Positions 30,584 to 39,622 of a stretch of 64,000 nt of DNA are shown here, piece after piece. The stretch lies in contig JADFDI010000001.1 of NCBI GenBank assembly GCA_018262985.1, forward strand, positions 325,027 through 389,026, given 5' to 3'. The position numbers and the translations under genes are program-made. The DNA is from Spirochaetota bacterium (lineage in GTDB: Bacteria > Spirochaetota > Spirochaetia > Treponematales > UBA12059). The notes beneath the pieces were generated by a model. That model saw only the letters and a list, made by a program, of their open reading frames with translations, did not search any database and was not told where the DNA came from. The number at the start of each line of letters is the position of its first letter. The stretch's first letter is position 1.

Positions 30584-31687
30584 ATGGTCCATCCGAACCG
30601 GGACGCGCCCGGCGGCGAGAGCGCCGAAGTCCCGTTCCGCGACAGACCGCACCAGGTCCCCGCCGGCCTCTCCGCGGCCGCGGCCTGCGTCGCCGGAGCG
30701 CTTCCCTTCGCGCTCGCGGCCATCCTCGATCCCGGATCGTCCCGATGGAGCTGCCTGGCCGCGTGCCTCGCGGGTGCCGTCGGCGCGGGGCTCGTCGCCG
30801 CCCGTTCCGCTCGACGCCTCGACGCACTGGTGCGAGAAGCCCGCGAACGGGAGCTCCGGCTGGAAAAGCGCGTCATGGCCCGAGCCGACGAGCTCTCCGC
30901 GGCCTACAATCAGCTGGCCGACAAGCACGAGTCGATGCGCAAGGAGCTCCGGGTCGCCCGCGACATCCAGGGTTGCATCGTCGGGCGCCTGGACCACCTG
31001 CCGCCCCGGCCCGAGCTCGACGTGGCGGCCTGGTACCGCGCCATGGACAACGTGGGCGGCGACCTCTACGACGTGGTGCGCATCGGCCGCAACTCCTACG
31101 GGTTCCTCATGGCGGACGTCGCCGGCCACGGGGTGCCCGCCGCCTTGGTGACGGCCCTCGTGAAGGTCGCTTTCGACGGCAAGGCGGCTTGGGGCATCCG
31201 TCCGGAAGGCGTCTGCGACGCGGTGAACCGTACCCTGTGCCAGCTCGTGGGCGAACAGGACCGCTTCGTCACGGCCTGGTACGGAATCCTCGACCTCGAG
31301 ACGGGCATCCTGCGATACACGAACGCCGGCCATCATCCGCCCGTGCTGCTCCGGACGGACGGAGCTATCCAGAGGCCCGATACCGAGTGCCAGCCCCTCG
31401 GCATCATCGACGACGCCCCCTTCTACTCCTCCGAGCTCGTCATGGCGCCCGGCGACCGCATGGTCCTCTTCACGGACGGGATCGTGGAGGCGCGGAGCTA
31501 CCTCAAGGAGGAGTACGGATACGGCCGTTTCCTCGGAACCATAGGCAGGAACACAGGCGTGACGCCCGCCGGCCTCATCGACGCCATCCTCTCCGACCTG
31601 GACGGCTTTCTGATGGGCGCGCCTCCCGAGGACGACCGGGCCATGCTCGCCTTCCAGTTCCGGGGCTTCGCGCCGCGGCCTTCCTGA
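30584..31687 (+). CDS. membrane-associated SpoIIE/PP2C-family serine phosphatase (RsbU-like)
   Basis: Trimmed to ATG 30584. Two hydrophobic helices and a coiled-coil linker precede the PP2C block: GGDLYDV...GFLMADVAGHGVPAALVTA...YTNAGHHPP...LFTDGIVEA. Confidence 0.85.
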   Translation: MVHPNRDAPGGESAEVPFRDRPHQVPAGLSAAAACVAGALPFALAAILDPGSSRWSCLAACLAGAVGAGLVAARSARRLDALVREARERELRLEKRVMARADELSAAYNQLADKHESMRKELRVARDIQGCIVGRLDHLPPRPELDVAAWYRAMDNVGGDLYDVVRIGRNSYGFLMADVAGHGVPAALVTALVKVAFDGKAAWGIRPEGVCDAVNRTLCQLVGEQDRFVTAWYGILDLETGILRYTNAGHHPPVLLRTDGAIQRPDTECQPLGIIDDAPFYSSELVMAPGDRMVLFTDGIVEARSYLKEEYGYGRFLGTIGRNTGVTPAGLIDAILSDLDGFLMGAPPEDDRAMLAFQFRGFAPRPS

Positions 31688-31745
31688 CGCCGCGGCCCTT
31701 GCCCCGACCCGCGCGCTCGGGCATTATCGGTGCCGGAGGCTCGAC

Positions 31746-32264
31746 ATGGACATGCCGCACACGCTGCGCCGCCTCGCTTCCGGCGCGCTCGTCTACACCA
31801 TCTCGCTCTGGTATCGCCTCGCCGCCGCCGCGGCGCTAGGACTCCTCGTCGCGGCCATCGCGACCGTGGGCGGAACCGGCGTCATCGGCTGGATCTTCGT
31901 GGCGGGAGCCTTCATAGCCGCCTTCTACGAGGAACGCTGGACCTTCGATCCGGCGCGGGGCCTGGTTTCCTCGCGGATCGGCCTGGTGTTCCTGGCGCGC
32001 CGCAGGACCTACGCCGCCTCCGAGCTGACGGGCTTGTCGATCCAGGCTTTCCGCCGCGGCCTCGTGGACCAGTCGCGCGCGACCGAGCCGACCGACGAGA
32101 ACGCCGAGGCGCGCAGGGGGCGCGGACTCGAGTGGAGGCTGCTTGGCGAGCTCGCCGACGGATCGCTGCTCGTGATCGACGCCGGCCGTTCGCGCGGCAG
32201 GGAACGGCTCGCGGCGGTCGGCGCGAGGCTCGCCGAGGCGATGGGCAAGCCCTTCGGGGAGTGA
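31746..32264 (+). CDS. hypothetical 2-TM membrane protein (paralog of 48703..49197)
   Basis: 172-aa track ORF with two hydrophobic helices followed by a ~100-aa soluble domain. I do not recognise the family. Confidence 0.55.
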   Translation: MDMPHTLRRLASGALVYTISLWYRLAAAAALGLLVAAIATVGGTGVIGWIFVAGAFIAAFYEERWTFDPARGLVSSRIGLVFLARRRTYAASELTGLSIQAFRRGLVDQSRATEPTDENAEARRGRGLEWRLLGELADGSLLVIDAGRSRGRERLAAVGARLAEAMGKPFGE

Positions 32265-32302
32265 GCGGCCGCGCCGCGCCCCCTCCGGGGACGGCCTCGG
32301 GC

Positions 32303-32340
32303 CAAAATGAAGGACGGGAGCCCGAGGGTTCCCGTCCTTC
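32303..32340 (-). terminator. intrinsic terminator after the oppF-like gene
   Basis: Perfect 11-bp stem GAAGGACGGGA/TCCCGTCCTTC. On the minus strand it is followed by ATTTTGG. Confidence 0.6.
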
Positions 32341-32433
32341 CCTGAAGCGCTGCGCGAATGCCGAATCAGGGAAGCTTTCCGAAGAAGTCCTGCGGACTTT
32401 TCGGAAAGCGTGCCCCCGCGCTTCGCCGCTCCG

Positions 32434-33453
32434 TCAGGCTTGTGCCTTGTCCGGCTCGTTGTACAGGAAGCAGGCAACCTGGTGCTCGCCGCCCTGTTCG
32501 CGGAGCTTCGGGACGTTGACCGCGCACTTGTCCATGCGCTTCGAGCAGCGGTCGTAGAAGTAGCAGCCGTGCCGTTCCTTGTCCGGCGAGGGCACGTCCC
32601 CGGTGAGCAGGATGCGCTGGCGCTTGCGCTCGACCTTCGGGTCGGGGATGGGCGCCGCCGAGAGCAGGGCCTGGGTGTACGGATGCAGGGGCTTGGCGTA
32701 CAGCTCGCCCGCCTTCGCCACCTCCACGATGACGCCGAGGTACATGACCGCGATGCGGTCGGAGATGTACTGAACCACGGCCAGGTCGTGGGCGATGAAG
32801 AGGTAGGTGAGCCCGAATTCCTTCTGTAAATCCTTGAAAAGGTTGAGGATCTGCGCCTGGATGGACACGTCGAGGGCGGACACCGGCTCGTCGCAGAGCA
32901 TCAGGTCGGGCTTGAGGGCGAGCGCGCGCGCTATGCCGATGCGCTGTCGCTGGCCGCCGGAGAACTCGTGCGGATAGCGGTTCTTGAAGAAGCGGGAGAG
33001 CCCCACCTTCTCCATCAGCTCCTCGACGCGCGCGTCGATCTCGGCGTTGCTCATGGCGAGCAGCTTGCGCCTGCGCATGATGCGGATCGGCTCGGCGATG
33101 ATGGCGGCCGTGGTCATGCGCGGATTGAGCGAGGCGTACGGATCCTGGAAGACGATCTGCATGTCCTTGCGGGCCTTGAGCAGCTCGCCGGATTTCAGCG
33201 TGGTCAGGTCGCGTCCCTTCAGCACGACGGAGCCCGCGGTGGGCTTGTGGAGCTGGGCGACGGCGCGCAGCGTCGTGGATTTTCCGCAGCCGGACTCGCC
33301 GACGAGCCCGAGGGTCTCGCCCTTCCTGATCTCGAAGTCGATGCCGTCCACGGCGCGGATGAAGCCCTTCTTGCGGGTCAGCAGGGTGCCCGTGTGGAAG
33401 GGGAAGTGCATCTTGAGGCCCTTGACCTCGAGCAGGTTCGTGTCGTCGTTCAT
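32434..33453 (-). CDS. oligopeptide/dipeptide ABC transporter ATP-binding protein (OppF-type)
   Basis: Trimmed to ATG 33453 (MNDDTNLLEVKGL). Walker A GESGCGKST, signature [15 protein letters not shown], and a C-terminal Cys-rich oligopeptide-ATPase tail. Confidence 0.9.
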   Translation of the reverse strand: MNDDTNLLEVKGLKMHFPFHTGTLLTRKKGFIRAVDGIDFEIRKGETLGLVGESGCGKSTTLRAVAQLHKPTAGSVVLKGRDLTTLKSGELLKARKDMQIVFQDPYASLNPRMTTAAIIAEPIRIMRRRKLLAMSNAEIDARVEELMEKVGLSRFFKNRYPHEFSGGQRQRIGIARALALKPDLMLCDEPVSALDVSIQAQILNLFKDLQKEFGLTYLFIAHDLAVVQYISDRIAVMYLGVIVEVAKAGELYAKPLHPYTQALLSAAPIPDPKVERKRQRILLTGDVPSPDKERHGCYFYDRCSKRMDKCAVNVPKLREQGGEHQVACFLYNEPDKAQA

Positions 33454-33464
33454 CGCTACTCCCG

Positions 33465-34439
33465 TCACTTGTAGAGCCAGCAGGCCGCGGAGTGGCCGTC
33501 GTCGAGGACGGCCACGGGCGGGTACTTGGACTTGCAGACGTCCATCGCCTTGTCGCAGCGCGGCCAGAAGGGGCAGCACTCCGGCAGGTCGATGACGTTC
33601 GGCGGCTGTCCGGGGATGGAATAGAGCCGCTCCTCGTGCGCGTGGTCGAGGCGGGGCACGCTCTTGATGAGACCCTTGGTGTAAGGGTGCTTCGGATCCT
33701 CGAAGATGGCGTCGGCCGTGCCGCGCTCGACGATGCGTCCGGCGTACATGACGACGATCTCGTCGCACATGCCCGCCACGACGCCGAGGGAGTGGGTGAT
33801 GAGGATCACCGCCGTGCCGAGCCGGCTCGACAGTTCCCTGATCAGGTCGAGGATCTGCGCCTGGATGGTCACGTCGAGGGCCGTGGTCGGCTCGTCGGCG
33901 ATCAGGATCTCGGGGTTGCACGAGAGGGCCATGGCGATCATGACGCGCTGGCGCATGCCGCCGGAGAACTGGTGCGGGTACTGGTCGATGCGCTTCTCCG
34001 GCGCGGGAATGCCGGCCAGCTTGAGCATCTCGATCGCCCGTTCCTTGGCCGCCTTCTTGTCCATCTTCTGGTGGAGCACCAGGGTCTCGATCATCTGCGT
34101 CGAGATGCGGAGGAAGGGGTTGAGGGAGGTCATCGGGTCCTGGAAGATCATCGAGATCTTGTTGCCGCGGAGCTGGCGGATCTCGTCGTCGGACATCTTG
34201 AGGACGTCCTTCCCGTGGAAGAGCACCTCGCCGCCGGCGATTCGGCCGGGCGGGGTCGGAATCAGCTTCATGACGGCGAGGTTCGTGACGCTCTTGCCCG
34301 AGCCCGATTCGCCGACGATGCCGAGGGTCTTGCCCTTGTGCAGGTCGAAGGTGACGCCGTCGACGGCCTTGAGGAGGCCGGCGTCCAGCTTGAAGTAGGC
34401 TTTCAGGTCCTTGACCTGGAGTATCGCTTCCTGGCTCAT
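33465..34439 (-). CDS. oligopeptide/dipeptide ABC transporter ATP-binding protein (OppD-type)
   Basis: The track start at 34457 is GTG. ATG 34439 has AAGGAG 6 nt upstream, directly after the oppC TAA. Motifs: [23 protein letters not shown]. Confidence 0.9.
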   Translation of the reverse strand: MSQEAILQVKDLKAYFKLDAGLLKAVDGVTFDLHKGKTLGIVGESGSGKSVTNLAVMKLIPTPPGRIAGGEVLFHGKDVLKMSDDEIRQLRGNKISMIFQDPMTSLNPFLRISTQMIETLVLHQKMDKKAAKERAIEMLKLAGIPAPEKRIDQYPHQFSGGMRQRVMIAMALSCNPEILIADEPTTALDVTIQAQILDLIRELSSRLGTAVILITHSLGVVAGMCDEIVVMYAGRIVERGTADAIFEDPKHPYTKGLIKSVPRLDHAHEERLYSIPGQPPNVIDLPECCPFWPRCDKAMDVCKSKYPPVAVLDDGHSAACWLYK

Positions 34440-34449
34440 GTCGGTCTCC

Positions 34450-35766
34450 TTAGCCACGGTTCTTGCTCTGCGGATCGAGCGCGTCGCGCAGGCCGTCGCC
34501 GAGGAAGTTCATGCAGAAGAGGAAGATGGTCATGGCGATCGCGGGCCCCACGAGCTGCCAGGGCCGGAGGGTCATGCCGCGCACGCCCTCGCTGACCAGG
34601 GTTCCCCACGAAGCGTCCGGCGCCGAGACGCCGAGCCCGAGGAACGAGAGGAAGCTCTCGTTCATGATGAAGGCCGGCATCGAGAGCGTGGTCCAGACCA
34701 CGATGATGCCGAGGGTGTTCGGCAACAGGTGCCGGAAGATGATGCGCGCGGGGCCGGCGCCCATCGAGCGGGCGGCCTCGACGAACTCGGAGTTCTTGAG
34801 GCTGATGATCTGGCCGCGCACCACGCGGCTGATGGTCAGCCACGATACGAGCGCGATGGCCACGAAGAGGATGACGATGGAGCCGCGCCCCTGGTTGCCC
34901 ACCATGGACATGATGATGATGACCACGAGCAGGTAGGGCAGGCTGTACATGATATCGACGAAGCGCATGAGGAAGTTGTCGAGCCAGCCGCCGACGTAGC
35001 CGGCTATGGCGCCCACCACGATGCCGATGGCCACGGCGGTCAGCGCGCCGACTATGCCGATCATGATGGAGATGCGGCCGCCCATGAGCACGCGCGAGAA
35101 CATGTCGCGCCCGAGGTCGTCGGTGCCCAGCAGGTAGACGCGGGCATGGACCTCGTTCATCGCGAGTTCGGACTCGAGGCGCGCTATGGACGTGCGGGCC
35201 CGGTCCAGCTCCGCCGCGAGCGGATCGCTGTCGATGTCGGCCGATTCCGTCCCGCCGTAGCTGAACGAGAAGTTGGAGCCGCTTTCGATCGAGAGCAGGT
35301 CCGCGTCCTCCGCGCCCTCCACTTCGCCGAGTTCGGTGGCGTCGTAGGCGAAATCGAAGGAGAAATCCTCGCCCTCCATGCCCTCGACCTCGCCCTCGAG
35401 GCTCTCGTAACCCTCGAGGTAGTCGTCCTGTCCGGACGAAAGCTCGGCGCCGCGCCCGCCGATGGCCGCCTCGAGCTGGGCGGCGCGGTCTTCGAAGCGC
35501 TCGATGGCCAGCTGCCCCGCGGGCCGGAAGGAAGGCGGAAGGTTCACGTGGTCGATGACCTGCTCGGTGTAGTCGTAGAGGATGCCGACGCGGGCCAGCA
35601 GCGGAGCCGCGAGGCTGACCGCTATGTAGGCGAGCACGACCCAGAGCGAGACGAGGGCCATCCGGTTGCGGCGGAGCCGGCGCCAGGCGTCGGTCCACAG
35701 CGAGACGGGCTTCAGGTACTGGTTGAATTCGTTCACCGCATCGAGCGGCTTCTTCTGTGCGGGCAT
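34450..35766 (-). CDS. oligopeptide ABC transporter permease (OppC-type) with a long acidic extracytoplasmic insertion
   Basis: 438 aa with AGGAG SD. The BPD-transporter core is VEAARSMGAGPARIIFRHLLPN. An insertion of about 130 aa rich in E/D/G (EGYESLEGEVEGMEGEDFSFDFAYDATELGEVEGAEDADL) lies between TM1 and the GTDDLGRD motif. Confidence 0.85.
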   Translation of the reverse strand: MPAQKKPLDAVNEFNQYLKPVSLWTDAWRRLRRNRMALVSLWVVLAYIAVSLAAPLLARVGILYDYTEQVIDHVNLPPSFRPAGQLAIERFEDRAAQLEAAIGGRGAELSSGQDDYLEGYESLEGEVEGMEGEDFSFDFAYDATELGEVEGAEDADLLSIESGSNFSFSYGGTESADIDSDPLAAELDRARTSIARLESELAMNEVHARVYLLGTDDLGRDMFSRVLMGGRISIMIGIVGALTAVAIGIVVGAIAGYVGGWLDNFLMRFVDIMYSLPYLLVVIIIMSMVGNQGRGSIVILFVAIALVSWLTISRVVRGQIISLKNSEFVEAARSMGAGPARIIFRHLLPNTLGIIVVWTTLSMPAFIMNESFLSFLGLGVSAPDASWGTLVSEGVRGMTLRPWQLVGPAIAMTIFLFCMNFLGDGLRDALDPQSKNRG

Positions 35767-35775
35767 GAGCCACTC

Positions 35776-36702
35776 CTACTTGTACGAGATCCGCGGGTCG
35801 AGGAACCCGTACACGATGTCCACGACGAGGTTGGCGAGGATCAGCACCACCGAGTAGACGATGACCTCGCCCATGATCAGGGTGTAGTCGCGGTTGATGG
35901 CGGCCTGGACGAAGGGGCGGCCCACGCCCGGCACGGCGAAGATGGTCTCGACCACCACGGAGCCGACGATGATGCCCGAGAAGGCCGGGCCGAGGTAGGT
36001 GACCACCGGCAGCAGCGCGCCCTTGAGCACGTGCTTGGCGATTACCACCGACTCCTTGAGGCCCTTGGCGCGGGCGGTGCGGATGTAGTCGGACCGGAGC
36101 ACTTCGAGGATCGATGCGCGCGAAAGGCGCGCGATGACCGCGAAGTAGTAGAACGAGAGCGTCGCGGCGGGCAGCACGATGGCCGCGATGCCCTTGTCGC
36201 CGATCCATTGGCCGAGCGGCAGCCAGCCGAGCTTGAGCGCGAACACGAGCTGGAGTATCGGCCCGATCACGAAGGCGGGCACCGAGATGCCCACCACCGC
36301 GATCGACATGGCGGAGTAGTCCTGCCACTTGTTCTGCCGGAGCGCCGACACGATGCCCACGAGCACCCCGAGGAAGACCGCGTTCACGAGCGCGATGCCG
36401 CCGAGCGAGAGCGACACCGGAAGCCCCTGGGTGATGAAGTCGCTCACCATGCGGTTCCGGTAGCGGTAGGAAGGGCCGAAGTCGCCAGTCAGCACGTTCC
36501 CGAGGTAGTCGAGGTACTGCCCAAAGAGCGGCTTGTCCATGTTGTAGCTCTTCAGGATGTTCTCGAGGATCTCCGGCGGAATCTCGCGTTCGCGGGCGAA
36601 GGGCCCGCCGGGCGCCAGGCGGATGAGGAAAAAGCTGAGGGTGATGATGACGAGCATCGTCGGGATGATGCTCAGCACCCTGCGCACCAAGAATCTGGCC
36701 AT
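35776..36702 (-). CDS. oligopeptide ABC transporter permease (OppB-type)
   Basis: Trimmed to ATG 36702 (MARFLVRRVLSIIPTMLVIITLSFFLIRLAPGGP). YIRTARAKGL motif. Confidence 0.9.
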   Translation of the reverse strand: MARFLVRRVLSIIPTMLVIITLSFFLIRLAPGGPFAREREIPPEILENILKSYNMDKPLFGQYLDYLGNVLTGDFGPSYRYRNRMVSDFITQGLPVSLSLGGIALVNAVFLGVLVGIVSALRQNKWQDYSAMSIAVVGISVPAFVIGPILQLVFALKLGWLPLGQWIGDKGIAAIVLPAATLSFYYFAVIARLSRASILEVLRSDYIRTARAKGLKESVVIAKHVLKGALLPVVTYLGPAFSGIIVGSVVVETIFAVPGVGRPFVQAAINRDYTLIMGEVIVYSVVLILANLVVDIVYGFLDPRISYK

Positions 36703-36792
36703 CTCGTGACCCTTCCTTTTCTTCGAGCGGTCCTCGGCCCCTCGGGCGGAGCATGGTGGTTGATGGCCGGGGACTCGCTTGGGTGGGGGATA

Positions 36793-36829
36793 CAAAAACA
36801 CGGAGCGTACGCTAGTCGTACGCTCCGTG
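36793..36829 (-). terminator. intrinsic terminator/attenuator between oppA and oppB; the minimal member of the CACGGAG element family
   Basis: On the minus strand it reads CACGGAGCGTACG-loop-CGTACGCTCCGTG (13-bp perfect stem) followed by TTTTTG, 47 nt after the oppA stop. Confidence 0.7.
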
Positions 36830-36875
36830 ACCGTCAGTTTAGACCGGATTGGAGATTTTGGCTACGGAAATCGGC

Positions 36876-38414
36876 TCACTTCTTCGGGCTGATGAACTTC
36901 CAGGCGTGGACGTTCATCGGGTTCAGGTACCAGCCGTTCCACTTGCTCAGGTCGATCATGGCCTGGGTCTGGTAGTAGTAGATCGGGATGATGCCCATGT
37001 CCTTGTTGATGAGGACGGCCTCGGCCTCCATCATGGTCTTGAGGCGGGCGGCGCCGAGCTGCGTGCGCGACTTGGCCAGCAGCGCGTCGTACTCCTTGCT
37101 GGAGTAGAGGCCGTCGTTCTGGCTGTTACCGGTCTCCCACATGTCGAGGAAGGTGGCGGGGTCGAGGTAGTCGGCGATCCAGCCGGCGCGGGCGATGTCG
37201 AAGTCGTGGGCGCTCTTGGTGTCGAGGTAGGTGGTGAACTCCTGGTTGATGAGCTCGACCTCGATGCCCAGGTTCTTCTTCCACTCGGCCTGGATGAACT
37301 GCATGACCTTCTGGTGGTTCGAGCTGGTGTTGTAGAGCAGCTGGAATTTCGGGAAGCCGGCGCCGCCGGGATATCCGGCCGCGGCGAGGAGCTTCTTGGC
37401 CTCTTCGGGGTTGTAGCCGGTGCCCTTGGGCGGCGTGTAGCCGGCGCTTGGCGGGACGTTGGCGAAGGCCGGGAAGTGCGACTTGAGGATGGTGTTGGTC
37501 AGGACCGTGCGGTCGAAGGCCATCGAGAGGGCCTGGCGGACGCGGGCGTCGTCGAGCGGCTTCTTGGTGACGTTGATGTTGAGGTAGTAGGTGCCGTACT
37601 CGGGGCCGACGTGGTAGTCGGCGCGGAGCTTGATGGTGTCCATGAGCTCGGCCGGGACCACGTCGATCCAGTCGATGTCGCCGTTGATGTACATGTTGTA
37701 CGCGGTGTTGACGTCATCGATGGGCAGGAGCACCAGCTCCTTGATCTTGACGTTCTTCGCGTCCCAGTACTTCGGGTTCGGCGTGAAGACCATCTTCTCC
37801 TGGGGCCGCCACTCCTTGAGCAGGTAGGCGCCGTTGACGACGAGGTTCTTCGGGAGCACCCAGTCCGCGCCGTACTTCTTGATGGCGTGCATCGGGACGA
37901 CGGCGAAGGCGTAGTGGACGACCTTCTGGACGAAGTGGGGGGTCGGGTTCTTGAGCTTGACCTCGAAGGTGGTCGGATTGAGCGCCTTGAGGCCGACGCC
38001 CGCGGCGGTGCCCTTGCCGGTGCTGAACTCCTGGGCGCCGACGATGTCCCAGAGGAGGTCGGCGTAGGTGAACGCGTTCTTCGGGTCGAGCTTGCGGATC
38101 CACGAGTCCACGAAGTCCTGGGCCGTGACCTGGACGCCGTCGGACCAGTAGGCCTTGCGCAGCGTGAAGGTGACGGTCTTGTAGTCCGACGAGAACTTGT
38201 ACTTGGTGGCCATGCCCGGGAGCGGGGCGTTGGTCTTGGGGTCGGAGATGAACAGGCCCTCGAACAGCGCCATGTAGACGCGGTGGCTGGTCACGGACTC
38301 CATGACGGCCGGGTCGAGCGATTCGATCTCCGCTCCGTTGTTCATGACGAAGGTCTGGGCGCCCGCGGACAGCGCGACGGCCAGCATCGTCAATACGATA
38401 AGAGCCTTCTTCAT
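36876..38414 (-). CDS. peptide ABC transporter substrate-binding protein (SBP family 5, OppA/DppA-type)
   Basis: Trimmed to ATG 38414 (AGGAGG SD), giving the signal peptide MKKALIVLTMLAVALSAGA. The ESLDPA..... and YNMYINGDIDW-type family-5 pattern is present. Confidence 0.85.
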   Translation of the reverse strand: MKKALIVLTMLAVALSAGAQTFVMNNGAEIESLDPAVMESVTSHRVYMALFEGLFISDPKTNAPLPGMATKYKFSSDYKTVTFTLRKAYWSDGVQVTAQDFVDSWIRKLDPKNAFTYADLLWDIVGAQEFSTGKGTAAGVGLKALNPTTFEVKLKNPTPHFVQKVVHYAFAVVPMHAIKKYGADWVLPKNLVVNGAYLLKEWRPQEKMVFTPNPKYWDAKNVKIKELVLLPIDDVNTAYNMYINGDIDWIDVVPAELMDTIKLRADYHVGPEYGTYYLNINVTKKPLDDARVRQALSMAFDRTVLTNTILKSHFPAFANVPPSAGYTPPKGTGYNPEEAKKLLAAAGYPGGAGFPKFQLLYNTSSNHQKVMQFIQAEWKKNLGIEVELINQEFTTYLDTKSAHDFDIARAGWIADYLDPATFLDMWETGNSQNDGLYSSKEYDALLAKSRTQLGAARLKTMMEAEAVLINKDMGIIPIYYYQTQAMIDLSKWNGWYLNPMNVHAWKFISPKK

Positions 38415-38751
38415 ATAAGCCTCCTGGCGAACCGGACAGGTTCGATGCTCAAGGATTCTGGAACACGTTGGACGATTACGCAACAGGTTTCCGAGAAAGT
38501 TCGCGCCGGGCGGCCCTCGCCCGCGTGTCGTCTCCGACCACGGGCTCCGCGCTCCGGCGCCGCCCTGTTTCCCGAATGAACACCGGGATCCGCTCCGGAG
38601 CGTTGAGTGTGTCAAATAGGAACACGTGCGTGTGTTGAAAGGAGCCGGATTGGAGGCCGAGATCCTTTCCGTCTGGTTCCTCTTCCCCAGCCGCGACCTG
38701 CCGCCCTGGATCCATGGCCGTCCGCAAGTATATCAAGGATAATAAAATAAG

Positions 38752-38806
38752 CTCTATTCTTCTTTCGCTTCCCTCTGCGCCTCCGCGCCTCTGCGGTTTT
38801 TCTTCA
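38752..38806. repeat. half copy (right arm + T-tract) of the CACGGAG element family
   Basis: Its reverse complement gaagaaaaaccgcagaggcgcggaggcgcagagggaagcgaaagaag aligns base for base with the left arm at 3875. No partner arm lies nearby. Confidence 0.65.
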
Positions 38807-38822
38807 TTTTTTTGGGCGATGT

Positions 38823-38838
38823 TGGCACGCTGCTTGCT
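38823..38838 (+). promoter_or_regulatory. sigma54 (RpoN) -24/-12 promoter, TGGCACG-N4-TTGCT, upstream of hsp20
   Basis: Exact match to the TGGCACG-N4-TTGCW consensus, 150 nt upstream of the hsp20 ATG. An AT-rich tract (38726..38760) lies upstream. Confidence 0.6.
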
Positions 38839-38988
38839 TTATATGAAGTGAGAGCGACGGAGCCCCGTGAGGGACTCACGGCCGGTGGCCGTAAAGCGTC
38901 GCAGCCCGGTCCGCGGCGGCAAGCCGGGACCGGCCCGACAACGTTCCTGCCATGGCGCCCCGAGCGCGCCATAGAAATGGAGGAGACC

Positions 38989-39432
38989 ATGAACCGCAGC
39001 CTGATCGCCTACGAACCCGCCGTCGCCAGCGTCTTCGACGAGATGGAGAACCTGATGAACGGCTTCTGGACCGGCGCGCGCGCCGGCCTTTCCCGCGGCG
39101 CCTCGCGCGTGCCGGCGGTCGACATCCGCGAGGAGAAGGACCGCTACGTGCTCGAGGCCGAGCTTCCTGGCCTGACCGAGAAGGACGTCGAGCTCAAGAT
39201 CGAGGACGGCATCCTGACCCTGCAGTCGAAGGTCGAGGAGAAGCGCGAGGAGCGCAAGGAAGGCTGGCTGCTCCGCGAGCGCAGCCGCGCCTCGTTCAGC
39301 CGCGCCTTCAGCCTGCCCCGCGACGTGGACGCCGAGAGCATCAAGGCCACCTTCCGCAACGGCCTGCTCGAGATCGAGGTGCCCAAGAGCCCCGCCGCCC
39401 GCGAGAAGAAGATCGAGATCAAAGTCGCCTGA
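38989..39432 (+). CDS. small heat-shock protein (Hsp20/alpha-crystallin family)
   Basis: Trimmed to ATG 38989 (GGAGGA 5 nt upstream). The alpha-crystallin core is PAVDIREEKDRYVLEAELPGLTEKDVELKIEDGILTL...F.RAFSLP..VD...IKATFRNGLLEIEVPK. Confidence 0.9.
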   Translation: MNRSLIAYEPAVASVFDEMENLMNGFWTGARAGLSRGASRVPAVDIREEKDRYVLEAELPGLTEKDVELKIEDGILTLQSKVEEKREERKEGWLLRERSRASFSRAFSLPRDVDAESIKATFRNGLLEIEVPKSPAAREKKIEIKVA

Positions 39433-39435
39433 TAA

Positions 39436-39622
39436 AAGAAGAGGAACCACGGATGAGGTGGCCCGCCCGAGGCGGGCACCTCGATCCATTCCTCGCCGAA
39501 AGCGCCCCCGGGCGCAGGCACGGAGGCACGGAGATTAAGAGGGAGAAGAACGAGCGGAGGGATATACGATTCCCATTCCCGCGTTTTCCTCCCTCCCTGC
39601 TCCGTGCCTCCGTGGTTTCCTT
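39436..39622. repeat. full CACGGAG palindromic element (with an internal insertion) filling the hsp20/manC-like convergent spacer
   Basis: The left part is aaagaagaggaaccacggatgaggtggc ... gcacggaggcacggagattaagagggag. The right arm is ttcctccctccctgctccgtgcctccgtggtttcctttt. The element touches both stop codons. Confidence 0.75.
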
